DNA of 4,056 nucleotides from a virus (Duplodnaviria; Heunggongvirae; Uroviricota; Caudoviricetes): IMG/VR virus record IMGVR_UViG_2529293039_000008, positions 1 to 4,056 of that record; one strand, 5' to 3'. Shown piece by piece: positions 1 to 4,056 of this stretch (position 1 is its first letter; each line of letters starts with the position of its first letter). The notes under the pieces were generated by a model. It saw only the letters and a program-made list of their open reading frames with translations, ran no database searches and was not told where the DNA came from. The position numbers and the translations under genes were made by a program.

Positions 1-1
1 C

Positions 2-1462
2 CCGAACAACGGCTGGGAGACGGCAACAGAGCTTGTGGAGGACACGCGGGCCATTGCCCGTTATGGTCGTAACGTCACGAAGATGGACGCCTTTGGCTGT
101 ACCAGCCGGGGGCAGGCACACCGCGCCGGGCTGTGGCTGATTAAAACGGAGCTGCTGGAAACGCAGACCGTGGACTTCAGCGTGGGCGCAGAAGGGCTTC
201 GCCATGTACCGGGCGATGTCATTGAAATCTGTGATGATGACTATGCGGGTATCAGCACCGGCGGGCGCGTGCTGGCGGTGAACAGCCAGACGCGGACACT
301 GACGCTCGACCGTGAAATCACGCTGCCATCCTCCGGCACCACGCTGATAAGCCTGGTTGACGGAAGTGGCAATCCGGTGAGCGTGGAGGTCCAGTCCGTC
401 ACCGACGGCGTGAAGGTGAAAGTGAGCCGTGTTCCTGACGGCGTTGCTGAATACAGCGTATGGGGGCTGAAGCTGCCGACGTTGCGCCAGCGCCTGTTCC
501 GCTGCGTGAGTGTCCGTGAGAACGACGACGGCACGTACGCTGTCACAGCCGTGCAGCATGTCCCGGAAAAAGAGGCCATCGTGGATAACGGGGCGCACTT
601 TGACGGCGACCAGAGCGGCACGGTGAATGGTGTCACGCCGCCAGCGGTGCAGCACCTGACTGCCGAAGTCACCGCAGACAGCGGGGAGTATCAGGTGCTG
701 GCGCGATGGGACACACCGAAGGTGGTGAAGGGCGTGAGCTTCCTGCTCCGTCTGACCGTAACAGCGGACGACGGCAGTGAGCGGCTGGTCAGCACGGCCC
801 GGACGACGGAAACCACATACCGCTTCACGCAACTGGCGCTGGGGCGTTACACGCTGACAGTCCGGGCGGTAAATGCGTGGGGGCAGCAGGGCGATCCGGC
901 ATCGGTATCGTTCCGGATTGCGGCACCGGCAGCGCCTGTCACTATTGAACTGATACCAGGGTATTTTCAGATAACAGCGGTCCCGAAACTGGCTGTATAT
1001 GACCCGACGGTGCAGTTTGAGTTCTGGTTCTCGGAAAAGCGGATTATCGATATCAGGCAGGTTGAAACCAGCGCGCGTTATCTTGGTACGGCGCTGTACT
1101 GGATAGCCGCCAGTAGCAATATTAAGCCGGGTTATGATTATTACTTTTATATCCGCAGCGTGAACACCGTAGGTAAATCGGCATTTGTGGAGGCCGTCGG
1201 TCGGGCGAGCGATGATGCGGAAGGTTATCTGAATTTTTATAAAGGGTTGATCAATAAAACGCATCTCGGCAAGGAACTGCTGGAAAACTTTGAGCTGACG
1301 GAGGATAACGCCAGCAAACTGGAGGAGTTTTCGAAAGAGTGGAAGGACGCTAACGATAAGTGGAATGCCATGTGGGCGTCAAAATTGAGCAGACCAAGAC
1401 GGCAAACATTATGTCGCGGGTATTGGCCTTCAGCATGGAGGACGCGGAGGAAGGCAAGCTGA
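2..1462 (+). CDS. J: Tail-tip host-specificity protein J, internal portion; 5' partial (open to window start). Authentic J reading ends near 1378, after which this frame runs into nonsense and stops at 1462.
   Basis: Frame 2 is open from nt 2 with no stop before 1462. The translation (...[62 protein letters not shown]...[22 protein letters not shown]...[18 protein letters not shown]) matches the central fibronectin-III-like region of lambda gpJ as I recall it. The last 28 codons ([27 protein letters not shown]) are Arg-rich out-of-frame sequence. Confidence 0.85.
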   Translation, partial: PNNGWETATELVEDTRAIARYGRNVTKMDAFGCTSRGQAHRAGLWLIKTELLETQTVDFSVGAEGLRHVPGDVIEICDDDYAGISTGGRVLAVNSQTRTLTLDREITLPSSGTTLISLVDGSGNPVSVEVQSVTDGVKVKVSRVPDGVAEYSVWGLKLPTLRQRLFRCVSVRENDDGTYAVTAVQHVPEKEAIVDNGAHFDGDQSGTVNGVTPPAVQHLTAEVTADSGEYQVLARWDTPKVVKGVSFLLRLTVTADDGSERLVSTARTTETTYRFTQLALGRYTLTVRAVNAWGQQGDPASVSFRIAAPAAPVTIELIPGYFQITAVPKLAVYDPTVQFEFWFSEKRIIDIRQVETSARYLGTALYWIAASSNIKPGYDYYFYIRSVNTVGKSAFVEAVGRASDDAEGYLNFYKGLINKTHLGKELLENFELTEDNASKLEEFSKEWKDANDKWNAMWASKLSRPRRQTLCRGYWPSAWRTRRKAS

Positions 1463-2199
1463 GCCAGTTTCTGGTTGCCGCTAACCGTATCGCGTTTATT
1501 GACCCGGCAAACGGGAATGAAACGCCGATGTTTGTGGCGCAGGGCAACCAGATATTCATGAATGACGTGTTCCTGAAACGCCTGGCGGCCCCCACCATTA
1601 TCAGCGGTGGCAATCCACCGGCATTTTCCCTGACACCGGACGGAAAGCTGACTGCTAAAAATGCGGATATCAGTGGCAGTGTGAATGCGAACTCCGGGAC
1701 GCTCAACAACGTCACGGTAAATGAAAACTGTACGATTAAGGGCATGCTGGAGGCGACTCAGGTCAGAGGTGACTTCGTTAAAGCTGTATCCAAATCATTT
1801 CCGAAACAGGCTGGTACGTGGGGTAACACGGAAACACCAAACGGGACGGTTACAGTCACCATCAGCGATGATCATAACTTTGACCGTCAAATCATTATTC
1901 CGCCCATTATCTTTAACGGAATAGCGTATAGCTATCCGGGAAGTGGTAATAACCCGGGAGGTACAAGATACACGGGGTATGGTTTTGAAGTTCGCAAAAA
2001 CGGTGTATTAATCGCATCCAGAGAAACTAAAGGGGCCATTCCCGGTAGCTACAGTGCGGTTATTGATATGCCGAGTGGCAGGGGAAGCGTCACTCTGGAG
2101 TTTAAGGTTTTCCATAAAGGCAATCAGTGGGCAGGTAATATCACCGACTGTACGGTGATTGTGACCAAAAAAGCCGCTTCCGGCATCAGAATTCGTTGA
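1360..2199 (+). CDS. J: Tail-tip host-specificity protein J, C-terminal portion including the receptor-binding domain; continuation of the upstream J ORF in the -1 frame, so probably a frameshifted gene or pseudogene.
   Basis: Frame 1 from ~1378 reads VKIEQTK...[51 protein letters not shown]...[15 protein letters not shown], collinear with the lambda gpJ C-terminal region. There is no credible start codon or RBS of its own (the 1360 GTG is internal to the upstream ORF). Stop TGA at 2197-2199 is followed directly by a terminator hairpin. Confidence 0.8.
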   Translation: MECHVGVKIEQTKTANIMSRVLAFSMEDAEEGKLSQFLVAANRIAFIDPANGNETPMFVAQGNQIFMNDVFLKRLAAPTIISGGNPPAFSLTPDGKLTAKNADISGSVNANSGTLNNVTVNENCTIKGMLEATQVRGDFVKAVSKSFPKQAGTWGNTETPNGTVTVTISDDHNFDRQIIIPPIIFNGIAYSYPGSGNNPGGTRYTGYGFEVRKNGVLIASRETKGAIPGSYSAVIDMPSGRGSVTLEFKVFHKGNQWAGNITDCTVIVTKKAASGIRIR

Positions 2200-2220
2200 A
2201 ATTGTTATAACCCATATAAG

Positions 2221-2247
2221 GGCACCAGAAATGGTGCCTTTTTTATT
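2221..2247 (+). terminator. Rho-independent terminator downstream of J
   Basis: Perfect 6-bp stem GGCACC (2221-2226) / GGTGCC (2233-2238) with a 6-nt loop, followed by TTTTTTATT (2239-2247). Confidence 0.6.
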
Positions 2248-2257
2248 GCAGAAAAGC

Positions 2258-2263
2258 GAGAGG
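2258..2263 (+). promoter_or_regulatory. Ribosome-binding site for lom
   Basis: GAGAGG, 5 nt upstream of the ATG at 2269. Confidence 0.5.
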
Positions 2264-2268
2264 TAATT

Positions 2269-2868
2269 ATGCGTAAAGTTTGTGCAGCCATTTTGTCCGC
2301 AGCCATCTGTCTGTCCGTATCCGGTGCGCCTGCATGGGCGTCTGAACATCAGTCCACACTGAGCGCGGGGTATCTTCATGCCCGGACGAACGCTCCCGGT
2401 AGCGATAATCTTAACGGGATTAACGTGAAATACCGTTATGAATTTACGGACACGCTGGGGCTGGTGACGTCATTCAGCTATGCAGGAGACAAGAATCGCC
2501 AGCTTACCCGTTACAGCGATACCCGCTGGCATGAAGATTCCGTGCGTAACCGCTGGTTCAGCGTGATGGCGGGGCCGTCTGTGCGCGTGAATGAATGGTT
2601 CAGCGCGTATGCGATGGCGGGTGTGGCTTACAGCCGTGTGTCGACTTTCTCCGGGGATTATCTTCGCGTAACTGACAACAAGGGGAAAACGCACGATGTG
2701 CTGACCGGAAGTGATGACGGTCGCCACAGCGACACCTCTCTGGCGTGGGGAGCTGGCGTGCAGTTTAACCCGACCGAATCCGTGGCCATTGATATTGCTT
2801 ATGAAGGCTCCGGCAGTGGCGACTGGCGCACTGACGGTTTCATCGTGGGTGTCGGTTATAAATTCTGA
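2269..2868 (+). CDS. lom: Lom-like outer-membrane protein (Ail/Lom/OmpX/PagC family 8-stranded beta-barrel), prophage-encoded
   Basis: 199-aa ORF with ATG start and RBS. N-terminal signal peptide [24 protein letters not shown] with an AxA cleavage motif. C-terminus ...[27 protein letters not shown] matches the lambda Lom C-terminus as recalled, ending in the terminal Phe typical of OM beta-barrels. Position between J and stf is as in lambda. Confidence 0.9.
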
Positions 2869-2896
2869 TTAGCCAGGTAACACAGTGTTATGACAG

Positions 2897-2921
2897 TCCG
2901 CCGGTTCAGGCGGGCTTTTTT
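2897..2921 (+). terminator. Rho-independent terminator downstream of lom
   Basis: GC-rich hairpin TCCGCC (2897-2902) / GGCGGG (2909-2914) with loop GGTTCA, followed by TTTTTT (2916-2921). Confidence 0.55.
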
Positions 2922-2923
2922 GT

Positions 2924-2929
2924 GAGGTG
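2924..2929 (+). promoter_or_regulatory. Ribosome-binding site for stf
   Basis: GAGGTG, with GAGG ending 5 nt upstream of the ATG at 2933. Confidence 0.5.
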
Positions 2930-2932
2930 AAT

Positions 2933-3769
2933 ATGGCAGTAAAGATTTCAGGTGTACTGAAAGACGGCACAGGAAAACCGGTACAGAACTGCACAATCCA
3001 GCTGAAAGCAAAACGTAACAGCACCACGGTGGTGGTGAACACGCTGGCCTCAGAAAATCCGGATGAAGCCGGGCGTTACAGTATGGACGTTGAGTATGGC
3101 CAGTACAGCGTCACCCTGCTGGTTGAAGGTTTTCCTCCTTCGCATGCCGGGACCATCACAGTGTATGAAGATTCTCAACCCGGTACGCTGAATGATTTTC
3201 TCGGTGCCATGACGGAGGATGATGCCCGTCCGGAGGCACTGCGACGTTTTGAACTGATGGTGGAAGAGGTGGCGCGTAACGCTGAGGAGGCGAAGAAGAA
3301 TGCCGGAGAGGCGGAGACGTCAGCAAGGAATGCCGGCATATCAGCCAGTCAGGCGGAAAAGAGCGCTGCACATGCTGACACTTCAGCAGGATATGCATCG
3401 GAGTCAGCCCGGCAGGCGGCAGAAAGTGCAGCCTCAGCAAAGCAGTCAGAGGAGGCGTCCTCGTCCTCGGCCTCTGAGGCCGCTCAAAAAGCCAGTGAGT
3501 CATCACAAAGTGCAGCAGAAGCTGAATTGTCAAGAAAGACGGCAGAAAGTGCAGCCGGTAATGCAGCCAGGGATGCAACGACCGCAGCAGAAAAAGCCCG
3601 GGAGTCAGCAGAAAGCGCACAGTCAAGCGGAACAAAGCAGGATAGCGGCGGAAGACGCCGTAACCGAATCCCACCGTGGTGGGACCTCCGGGCCAACTGT
3701 CTCTTGATCAGATCTCCCGATCAAGAGACTTCATCACCAGGTAACCCTCAACCATATCCTGAAGTCTGA
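2933..3769 (+). CDS. stf: Side tail fibre protein Stf, N-terminal fragment, truncated by IS insertion. Stf-derived sequence ends at 3696; the open frame then reads 24 codons into the IS end before stopping at 3769.
   Basis: MAVKISGVLKDGTGKPVQNCTIQLKAKRNSTTVVVNT...YSMDVEYGQYSV...FPPSHAGTITVYEDSQPGTLNDFL...ARPEALRRFELMVEEVARNA matches the conserved N-terminal domain of lambda Stf as recalled, followed by the characteristic Ala/Ser/Glu-rich low-complexity segment. ATG at 2933 is preferred over the in-frame GTG at 2927 because of RBS spacing. The frame collides with an IS terminal repeat at 3697. Confidence 0.8.
   Translation: MAVKISGVLKDGTGKPVQNCTIQLKAKRNSTTVVVNTLASENPDEAGRYSMDVEYGQYSVTLLVEGFPPSHAGTITVYEDSQPGTLNDFLGAMTEDDARPEALRRFELMVEEVARNAEEAKKNAGEAETSARNAGISASQAEKSAAHADTSAGYASESARQAAESAASAKQSEEASSSSASEAAQKASESSQSAAEAELSRKTAESAAGNAARDATTAAEKARESAESAQSSGTKQDSGGRRRNRIPPWWDLRANCLLIRSPDQETSSPGNPQPYPEV
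3697..3715. repeat. Terminal inverted repeat of the IS50-like element, containing Dam GATC sites
   Basis: 19-bp end sequence beginning CTG. GATC at 3706-3709 and 3711-3714, with a third GATC just inside at 3719-3722. Confidence 0.7.
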
Positions 3770-4056
3770 ACCAGCCATCCCACATGACTACCCAACCGGG
3801 GCGACCGGTGCGTTTGCTGTCATGCCATCGCCCCAGTTTCGCCAGTTTCAGACAGGCCCATTTCAGTGTCGGCATCTGTGACGGAAGCGGTTTTCCTTCC
3901 AGCTTAACCCACAGCAGTTTCCACTCTGTCGGCGTCAGTATTTTCTCACAGCTGTCATTTTGTGTTTCTTCACTGATACCGCCCTGCCGCAGGCCCAGCA
4001 CCCGCACCGCGATAAACGCCTTGATAACCACCATGCGCTCGAGGTTATCCCGGGTC
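3708..4056 (-). CDS. IS4-family DDE transposase (Tn5 Tnp-like), C-terminal ~115 codons; N-terminus lies beyond the window
   Basis: The - strand frame is open from the window edge: TRDNLERMVVIKAFIAVRVLGLRQ...LKLAKLGRWHDSKRTGRPGWVVMWDGWFRLQDMVEGYLVMKSLDREI*. It resembles the Tn5 transposase C-terminus as recalled (DNLERMV...GGFMDSKRTGIASWGALWEGWEALQ...GIKI*). The TGA stop (complement of 3708-3710) is embedded in the terminal repeat. Confidence 0.85.
   Translation of the reverse strand, partial: TRDNLERMVVIKAFIAVRVLGLRQGGISEETQNDSCEKILTPTEWKLLWVKLEGKPLPSQMPTLKWACLKLAKLGRWHDSKRTGRPGWVVMWDGWFRLQDMVEGYLVMKSLDREI

Larger units (their letters stand above)
3697..4056 (-). mobile_element. IS4-family (IS50-like) insertion sequence, partial; left boundary at 3697, element continues beyond the window end
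   Basis: CTGTCTCTTGATCAGATCT at 3697-3715 matches the IS50 inside-end 19-bp terminal repeat as I recall it. The stop codon of a Tn5-Tnp-like transposase ORF on the - strand lies inside this repeat, as in IS50. Confidence 0.75.

Noticed and set aside
241-672. 143-aa ORF on the - strand inside J
   Set aside because: Antisense to a strongly supported J coding region in GC-rich DNA. Ser/Thr/Pro/Arg-rich product with no recognisable fold, start context or RBS. Typical spurious antisense ORF.
1370-1400. Programmed -1 ribosomal frameshift in J, by analogy with the lambda G/G-T tail frameshift
   Set aside because: No slippery heptanucleotide or downstream stimulatory structure at the shift site. 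Two further compensating indels lie within 50 bp, and intact J homologues are single ORFs. A lesion or sequencing error is far more likely.
1350-1745. 131-aa ORF on the - strand overlapping the J frameshift region
   Set aside because: Antisense to J, with no independent support; open only by chance.
1721-1924. 67-aa ORF on the + strand in an alternative frame within the J C-terminal region
   Set aside because: Nested out of frame inside the J-homologous frame. Arg-rich product typical of off-frame translation.
2203-2211. TGtTATAAC extended -10-like motif as a lom promoter
   Set aside because: No acceptable -35 at correct spacing (TTGAAA at 2196-2201 is only 4 nt away), and the predicted start would fall immediately before the J terminator hairpin. 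Too weak to annotate.
2008-2379. 123-aa ORF on the - strand spanning the J 3' end, the terminator and the lom 5' end
   Set aside because: Crosses an intrinsic terminator and two well-supported + strand genes; Cys/Arg-rich nonsense product.
2470-2727. 85-aa ORF on the - strand inside lom
   Set aside because: Antisense to lom; His/Arg-rich product, no RBS.
3300-3707. 135-aa ORF on the + strand (frame 0) plus - strand ORFs 3156-3674 and 3484-3696 inside the stf low-complexity region
   Set aside because: Arg/Gln/Pro-rich or Leu/Pro-rich products generated by the stop-free Ala-rich repeat. Not independent genes, although the last ~25 codons of the frame-0 ORF may carry authentic Stf sequence after a frameshift (see findings).
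3708-4034. ORF-track start of the - strand ORF at the Met at 4034
   Set aside because: The frame stays open upstream to the window edge (TRDNLER precedes the Met) and the homology to Tn5-type transposases continues through it, so this Met is internal. The feature is a partial transposase CDS, not a 108-aa protein.
1-4056. Novel defence, toxin or other accessory system; CRISPR array; tRNA or attachment site
   Set aside because: Every substantial ORF is accounted for by J, lom, stf and an IS transposase. There are no spacer-repeat arrays, no tRNA-like structures and no integrase. This is a conventional lambdoid tail-fibre region carrying lesions and an IS, not a new system.

Overview
This window is the distal end of a lambda-like prophage tail-fibre module, all on the + strand, followed by an insertion sequence. 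It holds the last ~2.2 kb of the tail-tip host-specificity gene J (open to the window start, frame broken by three single-base indels at 1378-1430), then an intrinsic terminator, a lom gene (Ail/Lom/PagC-family outer-membrane beta-barrel), a second terminator, and the 5' part of the side-tail-fibre gene stf. The stf frame is cut at 3696/3697 by the end of an IS4-family, IS50-like element whose transposase (- strand) runs off the window end. I see no CRISPR array, tRNA/rRNA, integrase or recognisable defence or toxin system, and nothing here supports a claim of a novel system. The points worth a second look are the gene-inactivating lesions (frameshifts in J, IS insertion in stf), a divergent J receptor-binding domain, and the structure of the IS end. 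All comparisons to lambda J, Lom, Stf and Tn5 transposase are from memory, not from a database search.
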